DNA of 64,000 bases from Candidatus Latescibacterota bacterium. GTDB taxonomy: Bacteria > Latescibacterota > UBA2968. The DNA is taken from NCBI GenBank assembly GCA_965222605.1, contig OZ244960.1, positions 1,920,001 through 1,984,000 of the forward strand, given 5' to 3'. This document shows positions 11,801 through 20,829 of this stretch, one piece after another (within the stretch, counting starts at the first letter, position 1; every line of letters starts with the position of its first letter). A model generated the notes under the pieces. The model was not told the origin of the DNA. It did no database searches and saw only the letters and a list, made by a program, of their open reading frames with translations. The position numbers and the translations under genes were made by a program.

Positions 11801-11949
11801 AGATACAGAGGATGCGCCAATCGCAGATCAAGAGCGCAACTGCCGACTACGATAGACGCATCCAAGAATTGGATAACGCCATAGATAAAGCGGATATTAT
11901 TACTGAGCCTGTGGCTTATGGTGTTCTGAATATTGAGGAGGTAAAATGA
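8890..11949 (+). CDS. SNF2-family helicase
   Basis: LIADGVGVGKT, DEAH, LTATP, EGLDYQ, YDLPWNPMRVEQRIGRIDR. Confidence 0.9.
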   Translation: MEMGFSQGQIVVLKSDSSVKGAVVEVLPGGDEDRVRVFTEGNIQTYYASQLKTGEQPDDDFQLLSRDQFHAYLTALQIRHPSLSNLYSLNAARVDFIPYQFRPVLRFIRSDRPRLLIADGVGVGKTIEAGLILRELQARRDINSVLIICPRPLVTERKWESEMKRFDERFTHLDGPTLRYCINEMDLEGVWPQQHQRTILPYSLFDEVLLHGSKRRGRGKSRKGLLDLDPPPRFDLVIVDEAHHIRNQITYSHQAVRFFCDHAEAAIFLTATPIQLRSHDLFVLLNTLRPDLILDHESFEHMAEPNPFINQAVDYVRTQEQDWTARTIEVLDQTTQTAWGRAILRDNPEFKRVQERLAEGRITSDERVQLITDIESLHTFSGIINRTRRRDIGTFTIRKSETVNVSFTASQQPLHDQLLEVQAEIFRRLHGNINVKFMMTTIRRQAASCLYGLAPFLEDILSRHLDELEWDEADDMRAVPSSDTIDSIQSQIQVILEKARSLDPYDPKLEAFRKVIREKQSLSNNKIMLFSSFRHTLRYLYKHLKADGVRVGMIHGGTPDEERVALRSRFEKPRENSDTLDVLLFSEIGCEGLDYQFCDCIVNYDLPWNPMRVEQRIGRIDRNGQQSETVAIVNLITPGTVDADIYERCLVRIGVFNSALGSNEEILGEITREIKNIAENYSLTEEDRRAKLQQLADNKIRLVQEQDKLEQKQMELFGIRLPEDQMKKEIEDASSFWLSPTSLQRLVALYLQQKCGEAHAFILGERPLKTLRLSQDARNILLRDFRQLPRQNTTAYRDWENWLKGGDPHLSITFDQDCATQHPEAAFVMPLHPLVKQAAKSFDTKERVIVSLKAQANEVPAGRYEFAIYQWRFQGIREDLMLKPIASSETLTSHLSHLLEKTVDADNKKRSTAAVWDELDAHHYKLWSEERTDHQQRNQELAKYRKESLSTSHQARMALLVEQLAQANDEKIQRMRQSQIKSATADYDRRIQELDNAIDKADIITEPVAYGVLNIEEVK

Positions 11950-14900
11950 ACCTGAAAGAATTACGACAGAAACGTTTAAAGTGGGTAGCGGCGAATCGAG
12001 AAAACGGCTTTGATGATGGCATTAAGCGGTTATTGACAGACCTATATCCGGATAATGCACACTTCATTTATGAACTTCTTCAAAATGCCGAGGATGCAAG
12101 GGCATCAAAAGTCCAGTTTATTCTTACCGATGATAGAGTTGAATTTGAACATAATGGAGACCGTCTATTCTCCATAGAAGATGTAGAATCCATTACAAGT
12201 ATCGGTATAAGTACGAAGCAAGATGACCATACCAACATTGGCAAGTTTGGTGTTGGCTTTAAGGCTGTATTTGCCTATACCTCCACACCAGAAATTAAAT
12301 CAGGTGAATATCACTTCCGCATCTGCGATTTAGTTGTGCCCGATACGAAAGGTTTGTCCCCAATAGAGTGCAAAAAAGAAAAGACCTGTTTTATCTTCCC
12401 GTTCGATAATCCCGACAAAAGCCCAGAGATAGCTCGTGCTGAGATAGAAAGGAATCTTCGGCAATTAAACGAAAGTTCGCTGCTCTTTCTTAGTAATATT
12501 AAAAAGATCGAATACCTGCTACCTGATTCAACTCTGGGTTTTCTTGAACGAAAAAAAATAGATGAAAACCGAATTGAGATTCTTGTCCAGCATCCAGGAG
12601 ACTCGGAGCCTACTTCAGTCGTTTTCCTTCGTTTTAGGAAGACTGTTGATGTGAATGATGAAGACAATAACCTCAAACCTTGCCGGATTGCGGTTGCCTT
12701 TGGCTTAGAGAAGACTCAAGAAAAAAAATGGAAAATCAAACTTTTGGACAGAGGTCAAGTTTGCATCTACTTCCCTGCTGAAAAGGAAACATCCAACCTG
12801 AAATTTCACCTACATGCGCCTTTCGCCTCAACCGTTGCCCGTGATAGTGTGCGCGATTGTGAAGCCAACAATGACTTGCGCGATCAACTTGCAAATTTAA
12901 TTGCCGAATCAATAGCCGCCATACGCAATCAAGGGTTATTGACTGTGGAATTTCTAGCAACGCTTCCCAATGACAGAGATAACCTATCTTCATTTTACAA
13001 ACCAATCCTGAATAAATTGATTGAGGTATTTAAAAATAAAGAATTGGTTCCGATGAAACAGGGAGGACATGCTGCTGCAAATAATATTTTCAGAGGATTA
13101 GCACAACTGTCAGATCTTATCAGCGATAGCGATTTGGTAACAATTCTTGAAGAGGATTACTATCCTCCAGTGTGGATTGCTAATCCTCCACAAAGAAATC
13201 AGCGTGAATATAATTTTCTATCCATGTTGGATATCCCAGAATGGACACGAGAAGACCTTGTAAATGAATTGTCTGCTGAGTCTGAGACGATAATGAAATG
13301 GCTGGCAGAAAAATCCGATGAATGGCATCAAAGACTCTATGCATTGCTGGGTGATTTCCTATCAAATGCTCCGTCATATCCACGTTATGTCGCAACGGAG
13401 CGTAAGGACAAGTTATCAAACCTTCGCATCATTTGTTGTAGCGATGACGAATACAGAGTCGGGAGTGAATGCTACTTCCCCAGCGATGGGATCGAATATG
13501 ATGAATTAATGCCCCGCGTCGCCAAAGGTATCTATTCATCGGGTAATAACAAGCAGGAACAAGAGAAAGCCCGCAAATTTCTTGAAGACATTAGGGTTCG
13601 CGAAGTCGGTGAGGTAGAACAAATTGAGGCAATTTTGAAGCAAAGATATTCAAAAGGCTCAATTAAGCCACTTGAGCAAGATATAGAAAGGTTTATTGGA
13701 CTTATAGAAAAAGAGCTAGAACACGCAAGTTTATTCAGCGAATATTACATCTTTAAATTAGAAAATGAGAAGTGGGGAAAGCCAAGAATAGTCTTCCTAG
13801 ACGCTCCTTATCTCAAAACCGGCTTGAGAGTTTACTATGAGGCACTTGGCGAAAATGCGAACCACAATCAGGCCCTCTCGATGAAGTATTATAAAGAGTG
13901 TGGAATTAGTCCCGAAAGAATCGGAGAGTTTGCAAAAAAAGTTGGTGCACAAACAAAACTAACGCCGAAGAAACAGGAGATTCCGTATGGACATCTGGAA
14001 TGGAGTGAATTAAAAGATGACGGGAGGTGGACTCACCTTGGAATAGATAAAGACTTTGATATACAGGAGTTTGACGTATTATTGATCGAGCCTAACCTAA
14101 GAAAGTCTAAACTCATTTGGGATACTATGAACACATTGCCTGATAGCTTTCTCGAAGCCTCGTATCGTTCAAATCGTCAGTATCCTATTAAAACTGCCAA
14201 TTCCACACTTGTCCACAAACTAAAAAAAAACAAGTGGGTTCCACAAAAGGGCAATGAGTTTGTACGACCTTGCGATGCTTCTCCTGATCGGCTCCTCAAA
14301 GGATTCCCCTTTGATAATGGACAGAAGTGGCTCGCAAAAGTTGAATTTGGCGCATCTACCAAAAAACAGAGTGAGGAAAACAACTACCGTAATCAATACG
14401 CCAAGAGCATGGGCTTCGACTCTACTGAGGATGCCGAGAAATGGGCGAAAGTTGCTAAGTATTCGGAAAAAGCACCGGATGAATTACTCGATGAAATCAG
14501 TCGCCGAAAACGACGTGAGGAGCGGCTTTTTATAAATCTTAGCGAGACCGAAGAAAAAAGTTACGAAATTCGAGCCAGAAGCATTAGGTCCACAAGAGGC
14601 ACGATTGACCCTAGGACTCACCTTAGAGCACAATATACAAGAGACAACAAGATGGAGTGCCAAATGTGTAAACAGGATATGCCGTTCAAGAAGCGCAATA
14701 GCGAAGATGATTACTTTGAGGCAGTAGAGGCTCTCCGAAGAGATCATTTTCCCAAAGAGCATGAGGCTCAGTACTTGGCACTGTGTCCGGAGTGTGCAGC
14801 AAAGTATAAGGAATTTGTGAAGCGCGATCCGGCAACACGAAAAGCCTTGTATAACGCCTTGAAAAATTCCAATGAACCCGAAGTTTGCATGGAATTGAGT

Positions 14901-15005
14901 AATTTAAGAATACGCATTCAGTTTGAAGACAAGCACTGGCGGGATATGAAAACGGTTTTATACTATTACGATAATTTATACGGTACCGAAAATTTAACCG
15001 ATTAG
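11946..15005 (+). CDS. Sacsin-like GHKL/HATPase protein with C-terminal Zn-binding HNH-like module
   Basis: YELLQNAEDA, HNG, IGKFGVGFKAVF (GHKL motifs); C-terminal CQMC...LALCPEC; ATGA overlap with the helicase gene. Confidence 0.8.
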   Translation: MNLKELRQKRLKWVAANRENGFDDGIKRLLTDLYPDNAHFIYELLQNAEDARASKVQFILTDDRVEFEHNGDRLFSIEDVESITSIGISTKQDDHTNIGKFGVGFKAVFAYTSTPEIKSGEYHFRICDLVVPDTKGLSPIECKKEKTCFIFPFDNPDKSPEIARAEIERNLRQLNESSLLFLSNIKKIEYLLPDSTLGFLERKKIDENRIEILVQHPGDSEPTSVVFLRFRKTVDVNDEDNNLKPCRIAVAFGLEKTQEKKWKIKLLDRGQVCIYFPAEKETSNLKFHLHAPFASTVARDSVRDCEANNDLRDQLANLIAESIAAIRNQGLLTVEFLATLPNDRDNLSSFYKPILNKLIEVFKNKELVPMKQGGHAAANNIFRGLAQLSDLISDSDLVTILEEDYYPPVWIANPPQRNQREYNFLSMLDIPEWTREDLVNELSAESETIMKWLAEKSDEWHQRLYALLGDFLSNAPSYPRYVATERKDKLSNLRIICCSDDEYRVGSECYFPSDGIEYDELMPRVAKGIYSSGNNKQEQEKARKFLEDIRVREVGEVEQIEAILKQRYSKGSIKPLEQDIERFIGLIEKELEHASLFSEYYIFKLENEKWGKPRIVFLDAPYLKTGLRVYYEALGENANHNQALSMKYYKECGISPERIGEFAKKVGAQTKLTPKKQEIPYGHLEWSELKDDGRWTHLGIDKDFDIQEFDVLLIEPNLRKSKLIWDTMNTLPDSFLEASYRSNRQYPIKTANSTLVHKLKKNKWVPQKGNEFVRPCDASPDRLLKGFPFDNGQKWLAKVEFGASTKKQSEENNYRNQYAKSMGFDSTEDAEKWAKVAKYSEKAPDELLDEISRRKRREERLFINLSETEEKSYEIRARSIRSTRGTIDPRTHLRAQYTRDNKMECQMCKQDMPFKKRNSEDDYFEAVEALRRDHFPKEHEAQYLALCPECAAKYKEFVKRDPATRKALYNALKNSNEPEVCMELSNLRIRIQFEDKHWRDMKTVLYYYDNLYGTENLTD

Positions 15006-15085
15006 ACGAGGGCATACAATGGTGCAGCGCGGGAACGCGATGAGAGAGGCAAAACCATTGTGTCCGAGATACTATAAGGAGAAAC

Positions 15086-15334
15086 ATGCCCTATACTAAT
15101 TATACGTCTCAGGAAGTCGAATCACGCGGTGAAGCAATTTATGCACAACAGATCCGCGACAAAGTGGATCCCAAGCACAAAGGCAAGTTCTTGGTCATAG
15201 ACATTGAAACAGAGGAATATGAAATCAACGCTGACGATTTGGTCGCTACAAAACAGCTACTTGCCAAACATCCCAATGCAGTCATTTACGGTTTGCGAAT
15301 CGGGTATCCAACCGCCTACCACATTGGTTTGTAG
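15086..15334 (+). CDS. Small hypothetical protein (DUF5678-like)
   Basis: AAGGAG RBS; RGEAIY...GKFLVIDIET...RIG pattern. Confidence 0.7.
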   Translation: MPYTNYTSQEVESRGEAIYAQQIRDKVDPKHKGKFLVIDIETEEYEINADDLVATKQLLAKHPNAVIYGLRIGYPTAYHIGL

Positions 15335-15360
15335 TCGCCCAGGAGTTTTCTGGAAAAAAC

Positions 15361-15417
15361 AAACTGGATTACTGGCGTTGTGCTTGCGCGTAGCGGCTAA
15401 AACCATGCCGCAATGAC
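15361..15417 (+). repeat. GTCATTGCGGC-type palindromic repeat, interrupted copy
   Basis: CTGGATT...GCGGCTAAAACCATGCCGCAATGAC. Confidence 0.6.
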
Positions 15418-15505
15418 AGGGGAAGTAACATCAGGTCGCTTTTTTTATCCTATGCTGCTACGCACAGCACCACATAGTAATGGTTATCTTAATGGAGAAA
15501 TCAAT

Positions 15506-15709
15506 ATGGCACTGACCGCACAAGAAATCTTTGCCGAAACCGTCCAATCCCTACCACCTGACGAACAGTTTCGTCTCGCAGCCCTGATTTTACAAGAGCT
15601 ATCCCAACCTGGGATTACGGTTGTGGATCGGAGAGACACCTGGAGTGAACAAGATAAAAAAGATTTAACCACGGCCTCTTTACAGTACGGGGCGGCACTT
15701 TATCCATAG
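15506..15709 (+). CDS. Small hypothetical protein (antitoxin-like)
   Basis: GGAG RBS; MALTAQEIFAETVQSLPPDEQFRLAALILQEL...WSEQD. Confidence 0.6.
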   Translation: MALTAQEIFAETVQSLPPDEQFRLAALILQELSQPGITVVDRRDTWSEQDKKDLTTASLQYGAALYP

Positions 15710-15727
15710 ACACAACACCAGTAATGG

Positions 15728-15774
15728 CAACCAAAACCACTGGATTGCGGCTAAAACCATGCCGCAATGACGGC
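15728..15774 (+). repeat. GTCATTGCGGC-type palindromic repeat
   Basis: CAACCAAAACCACTGGATTGCGGCTAAAACCATGCCGCAATGACGGC; other copies at 44900 and 58681. Confidence 0.75.
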
Positions 15775-15827
15775 TTTGGTGATGGGGCTGAATGATCGCC
15801 ACTGCGCGTCCCGCCGGATAGTTGACT

Positions 15828-16544
15828 TCACTCAAAGAATCCCTCATCGTGAGGCCGCAAATCGATCTCGAAACCCCAGGCACCTTTGTCCTGTTGCACC
15901 AGACTCCAATAGGCATCGGCCACGGCGTCGATATTCAGGAGAGGTTCGCCCTCCTCGACATACCCTCCCTCGCGCACCAGGGGGGTATCCAGCACCCCGT
16001 CTATGATAACGTGGGCCACGTGAATGCCTTCGGGCCACAGCTCGCGAGCCAACGCCCAGGCTAAACCGCGCACCGCAAACTTGGCGCTGCTGAAGGCAAG
16101 GGCACCTGCCCGGCCCCGAATGGACGAGGTGGCTCCGGTGAAAAGGATGGCGCCGCTACCCGCAGATAGCATATCGCTGGCCGCTTCCCTGGCGCATAGA
16201 AAGGAGCCGTAGGCACACACGCGCCAGGATTGTTCAAACTCATCCAGGGTCAGTTCGTGGAAGTTTTTCCAGGAAGCGTTGCCGGCGTGGTTGATCAGGA
16301 CATCAACCGGACCCAGTTCCTCGCGCACTCGGGCAAAACTCCGGATCACCTGCTGGGGATCGGTGATATCCGTGGGTACAGCCAGGGCCCTCACACCTCC
16401 TTGCAGCAGTTCTTCGGCTAATCCCTGGATATAATCAGGGGACCGGGCCAGCAACCCTACCTGGTAGCCTTCGCTTGCAAACTTCCTCACCAGCGCGGCG
16501 CCTAAACCAGAGCCGACTCCTGAAATAACAGCCGTTTTGGACAT
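15828..16544 (-). CDS. SDR family oxidoreductase
   Basis: GVGSGLG, NHAG, FSSAKFA (variant of YxxxK). Confidence 0.9.
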   Translation of the reverse strand: MSKTAVISGVGSGLGAALVRKFASEGYQVGLLARSPDYIQGLAEELLQGGVRALAVPTDITDPQQVIRSFARVREELGPVDVLINHAGNASWKNFHELTLDEFEQSWRVCAYGSFLCAREAASDMLSAGSGAILFTGATSSIRGRAGALAFSSAKFAVRGLAWALARELWPEGIHVAHVIIDGVLDTPLVREGGYVEEGEPLLNIDAVADAYWSLVQQDKGAWGFEIDLRPHDEGFFE

Positions 16545-16559
16545 GGCACTCTCCTATTT

Positions 16560-17621
16560 TTAAGGTTGACGATTGCGGGATGACACGGTTTTCGAAGTTA
16601 CCCTACTAATCATTGGATGCGGACCATAGGTCATCACGCCTTGTCGCGCGTGGGCATAAACCGCATCCTGAATCTCGAGAATACGCACTGCGTCAACAAT
16701 TGTCGGCTCAAACGCATTGCCCTCACGGCTCGCGTCGAGAGCTTTGCCCATCACGCGCTGCATTCGTTCACCGTGCGAAATATCCCCACTAAACTGGACA
16801 CCCTCAGTCGTGTGAACCTCAATCAAAGGTTCGCCATTGCGACCGTACTGCTCAAAAACCGAAGCCTTTGTACCGATAAACCGAAAAAAATGATCGCCAC
16901 TGCGCGTACCCGCCGGATAAGTATAACCGGACTCAACGACCCCGGTGATCCCGTCATCTGTTCGCAACACGCCGATACCGCTATCCTCCACACCCCGGCT
17001 GTACATCGCATTGGACATAACCGCACCAACGACGTTAATACTTCTATCACCAACAAATTGCAAAAACGTATCAATCCCATGCGCCGCCTCGACTGCCCAG
17101 CACCCGCCACCCGAAATACTCGGATCATTGTGCCACGCTGACGGCGTCGGATCATAACGGGACGGCGGACCGTTATTCAACCTGCTGCTATACAGCACCA
17201 GATCGCCCAAACTGCCATCTGCAACCATATCTTCCACCACACGGACAATTCGGCTCGCGCGATTTGGCAGCACCAGCGCACTGAACACACCGTACTTCTC
17301 CGATGCCTCGGCCGCGGGACGCAAGCGATCAGCACAATCGGCAAACGGTTTATCCAGAAGATAGGGAACGCGACGATCGATACATGCTTGCACATGAGAC
17401 GGCATCTCAACATGTTTTCCCGCAACAAGTGCCGCATCAGGCTGGCACGCATCGAGACACGCGCCTGCCGTCTCGAAACCACGGCATTGAAACTCATCCG
17501 CCAACTGTTGCCTGGGACCTGCATCGCCATCCATAACACCGACAATATCGTGACCCAATCCGTGTGCGGTACGCGCCATACCTCGCCCGTGGTGACTATA
17601 GGAAAGAACGACCAATTTCAT
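16560..17621 (-). CDS. Gfo/Idh/MocA family oxidoreductase
   Basis: LLDKPFA, SGGGCWAVEAAHGID. Confidence 0.85.
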   Translation of the reverse strand: MKLVVLSYSHHGRGMARTAHGLGHDIVGVMDGDAGPRQQLADEFQCRGFETAGACLDACQPDAALVAGKHVEMPSHVQACIDRRVPYLLDKPFADCADRLRPAAEASEKYGVFSALVLPNRASRIVRVVEDMVADGSLGDLVLYSSRLNNGPPSRYDPTPSAWHNDPSISGGGCWAVEAAHGIDTFLQFVGDRSINVVGAVMSNAMYSRGVEDSGIGVLRTDDGITGVVESGYTYPAGTRSGDHFFRFIGTKASVFEQYGRNGEPLIEVHTTEGVQFSGDISHGERMQRVMGKALDASREGNAFEPTIVDAVRILEIQDAVYAHARQGVMTYGPHPMISRVTSKTVSSRNRQP

Positions 17622-17637
17622 ATTTTATCTCCTCGTC

Positions 17638-18414
17638 TTAATCCAACGCCACGATAGACCGACACAGCGTTTTGCCGTGCTCTGACAGAGAATCGTAAAT
17701 AGCGCGGGGCATCTCTCCATCTCGTCCGGTTCTGCGAAACCAGGGCGGGTAATAGCCCACACTCGTCATAATACGCACATCCCGAGACATATTGGCCGTG
17801 CCCCCGTGCCAGCAGCGCACATCTCGAACAATGGCCGACTTACTCGGCGCGCAAGCCACGGAATGCTTCATCCAATCGGGTTCCTCTTCCAGACTGGGAA
17901 TAGGATGGCGCGAGCGGTGGGTGCCGCGGATAAATCGCGTAGCCCCATTCTCCACACTAAAATCAATCATGGGAAAATTGACCACAATAAACGGCACTGG
18001 AAGATCCAAAATCGTCACCCGCTGCTCGGGATCATTGATCATATCGGACATATCGCGATGAAGTTTCTGAATTTCTGCACCCGGCAGCGAATAATCGCCG
18101 CCAGCACCACTGCACACAAACTGATTACTATTGAAAATAGCTTCAATAATAGGTAGAATAGTAGGCAGATCAACCAGCATCGCCCATTCGGGGTGATGGA
18201 TCTGCGAACCAAACGAATAACGCGCAAAACCCCTGTTCGCCTTCTCCAGCGGAATCGCGCTCGTCTGTTCTGCAACAACGCGATGCGCGCCCTCCACGAG
18301 AAAGGCGAACTGTTCATCAGTCAGCGCATCCGTCACAACGGCAACGCCATCGCGGTGAAAAACAGAGGCTGCGCGGTCAACTTCTGACGGTTCAATAAGT
18401 TCAAGGTCGAGCAT
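17638..18414 (-). CDS. Phytanoyl-CoA dioxygenase (PhyH) family protein
   Basis: FHRDG, LHRD (HxD), ENGATRFIRGTH, WHGG; start moved to ATG 18414, which has a GGAG RBS. Confidence 0.85.
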   Translation of the reverse strand: MLDLELIEPSEVDRAASVFHRDGVAVVTDALTDEQFAFLVEGAHRVVAEQTSAIPLEKANRGFARYSFGSQIHHPEWAMLVDLPTILPIIEAIFNSNQFVCSGAGGDYSLPGAEIQKLHRDMSDMINDPEQRVTILDLPVPFIVVNFPMIDFSVENGATRFIRGTHRSRHPIPSLEEEPDWMKHSVACAPSKSAIVRDVRCWHGGTANMSRDVRIMTSVGYYPPWFRRTGRDGEMPRAIYDSLSEHGKTLCRSIVALD

Positions 18415-18436
18415 AAAATCTCCAAAGGAGGTTGTT

Positions 18437-19297
18437 GTGATAGAAGAAACTGATATCTTACAAGACACGTACGAGCCTGGCGAATACGACCCCGCGCTTT
18501 ACAACCACGTCCGCATCGCCGAATGTGTTGACGGCTTTGAAAACGTGAGCGATGAACACATCGCACAATTTCACGCACAGGGCTTTTTGCCAATTCAAGG
18601 CGCGTATTCCAGCGCACAGATCAACGACGGCATGGCCGCAGTAAAAGAATTAATCGCAGGGCAAAATCGCGAGTTCCGAGGCGTACAATTCGAGCGCGGG
18701 CGCGCCCAACAGGTCAAACAATCAGCGGGTCATGCCCGCGAACTACTCGTGCGAAAACTCACCCGATTTGTCGGATTTGATCCGCGTCTGGACGCATTTG
18801 GCGAAGACCCTCATCTCCTGAATATCTTGACGCGCATCATGGGTGAACCCCCCAAATTATTCGCCAACCAGGCCATGTTAAAACCGCCCGGCATTGGACG
18901 CGAAAAACCCTGGCACCAGGATCACGCCTACTTTGATCTGCCCATGCACACCTGCATCGTCAGCGCGTGGGTCGCCCTCGACCCCGCGGATCCCGAAAAT
19001 GGGTGTATGCACGTCATCCCCCAAAGCCATCGAGCGGGTCCCGTCATACATTTCAAAAGACGCGACTGGCAAATATGCGACACCGACGTCGCCCGCAACC
19101 GCATCACCGCCGTAGCCCTGCAACCCGGCGGCGTATTGCTCTGGCACGGACGATTGCACCACGGCTCTCCAGCGAACCGAACAGACCGCCGCCGTCGCGC
19201 CCTGCAACTGCATTACATACCCGCATCCATAGAGAAAACTTCCTCGGAAGAACGCCTCGCCGTCTATGGCAGCGAAGGCAAAAATGTGACGTGTTAG
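18437..19297 (+). CDS. Phytanoyl-CoA dioxygenase (PhyH) family protein
   Basis: WHQD, ENGCMHVIPQSH, HHGSPAN. Confidence 0.9.
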   Translation: MIEETDILQDTYEPGEYDPALYNHVRIAECVDGFENVSDEHIAQFHAQGFLPIQGAYSSAQINDGMAAVKELIAGQNREFRGVQFERGRAQQVKQSAGHARELLVRKLTRFVGFDPRLDAFGEDPHLLNILTRIMGEPPKLFANQAMLKPPGIGREKPWHQDHAYFDLPMHTCIVSAWVALDPADPENGCMHVIPQSHRAGPVIHFKRRDWQICDTDVARNRITAVALQPGGVLLWHGRLHHGSPANRTDRRRRALQLHYIPASIEKTSSEERLAVYGSEGKNVTC

Positions 19298-19305
19298 ACG
19301 TGTTA

Positions 19306-20385
19306 TCAGACCTTTTTCGCGTCTTCCCTGGGACATATTGCCTCGCCCCCGGCAATAGCGACGCGCATCGCAATAAGACCGTCTTCGTGCGTGACACTAA
19401 ATGGCGCATCGTCGATACACTGCGCAATAAAATACTCGAGTTCATTTTTATACGACTCGCCAAATCGGGTGATAAACACGGGCACATCGGGACCGTAATC
19501 CCGCAAAGGGATAGATTCTTTGTAAATCACGCCATCGCGACTGTAAGCCTCAACCTCAACCTTGCGCGGATCTTCCTGAAAATGACCTACGTGAATCACC
19601 CCGTCATCGCCATAAATCCAGGTCGTGTTGCGATACCCTGCAACGTGATTGCGGCTGACAATGACCTGACCGATTAAGCGATCGGGAAACCACATCTGCA
19701 AAAAAGCGTCGTCGTAATCCTCTTTGACAGAACTGATGGTACTATTGTAAAGATTGGATCCAAATGCGGCGACATATTCGGGCAGAGAACCGCCGAGCAA
19801 CCACAGAATCTCATCGCAATTGTGAACAGCCATATCGCTGAGTAACCCCGCGCTATTATAACCATCGGGCGGTGGAATTGGGTCTTCCAGCACCGAGACA
19901 ATTTTGAACACATTGCCGATGGCCTTTTGCTCGAGCAATGCCTTGGCCTTCAACAACGGAGCGTCAAACCGGCGCATAAAAGCCAGCATCAGCGCGTTTT
20001 TGCGCATAGGATCCCGGTTCAAATCGGCAACAAAAGCCTCGGCAGACGCGAGCGAATGAGTCAGCGGCTTCTCCAAAAGCACGCGACAACCCGCATCAAT
20101 AAGCACTCGCGCATCGCGTTCATGATCTTCTGTGCGCGACGCAATAAGCGCAGCATCGATCAAATTCGACGCCGCGAGATCAGATACATCATTAAATGCT
20201 TGAATCGCAGTCGCCTGCTCTGCCTGAAGCTCTGCTGCAACGCGACTGGCCGTATCGCCATGAGTATCGGACACAGCGACGAGTTCACACACACCCGTTT
20301 CCCGGGCGAGTTCCTGAACATGCCGGGCGTGAAAGACGCCAATGCGTCCAACACCGACCACGGCCATGCGGATGGGTTTATTCAT
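19306..20385 (-). CDS. Gfo/Idh/MocA oxidoreductase (inositol 2-dehydrogenase-like)
   Basis: GVGRIG, LEKPL, FMRRFD, DMAVH; likely start MNKPIR. Confidence 0.88.
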   Translation of the reverse strand: MNKPIRMAVVGVGRIGVFHARHVQELARETGVCELVAVSDTHGDTASRVAAELQAEQATAIQAFNDVSDLAASNLIDAALIASRTEDHERDARVLIDAGCRVLLEKPLTHSLASAEAFVADLNRDPMRKNALMLAFMRRFDAPLLKAKALLEQKAIGNVFKIVSVLEDPIPPPDGYNSAGLLSDMAVHNCDEILWLLGGSLPEYVAAFGSNLYNSTISSVKEDYDDAFLQMWFPDRLIGQVIVSRNHVAGYRNTTWIYGDDGVIHVGHFQEDPRKVEVEAYSRDGVIYKESIPLRDYGPDVPVFITRFGESYKNELEYFIAQCIDDAPFSVTHEDGLIAMRVAIAGGEAICPREDAKKV

Positions 20386-20407
20386 AAAAAATTCCTCTAC
20401 GACAAAT

Positions 20408-20732
20408 TTATGCGGAAATTTGAACGACCTCTCCCGTTTCAACACTATGGCTAATCGCCTCCAAAACGCGCATATTCTGATAGGCATCTTCAAGACTCGA
20501 GTGAGGCTGTATGCCAGCTTGCAGCAACTGCGTGGAGATCTTCATTTTTGAACATCTCATTATAATCGGTATAGTGGCGGAGGGCACCAAATCTGCGCGC
20601 ATTTGATCTCGCCTTCTCTTCGACGAGGTCGCAGGTAGCGACAAATTCAAACTCCGGCACCAGCGGTATGCACCGTTGCAATTGCGACGACATATTACCA
20701 CAGCCAATAAATGCCACTCGGATTTTGTCCAT
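20408..20732 (-). pseudogene. Gfo/Idh/MocA gene with large internal deletion
   Basis: N-terminal MDKIRVAFIGCG...DLHAV joined out of frame to C-terminal SSLEDAYQNMRVLEAISHSVETGEVVQI*. Confidence 0.75.
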
Positions 20733-20829
20733 GATATATTCTCCGTGAAGTCTATCGTTAAAAATATTCTGTTGCGTGTGAATGAATAGCGATGCATAAC
20801 CTCTGTCAACCCTATTTTGGAGGTAAAAA

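Noticed and set aside
8890-15005. Both adjacent large ORFs are exactly 1019 aa
   Set aside because: No sequence similarity and the first start is uncertain; coincidence
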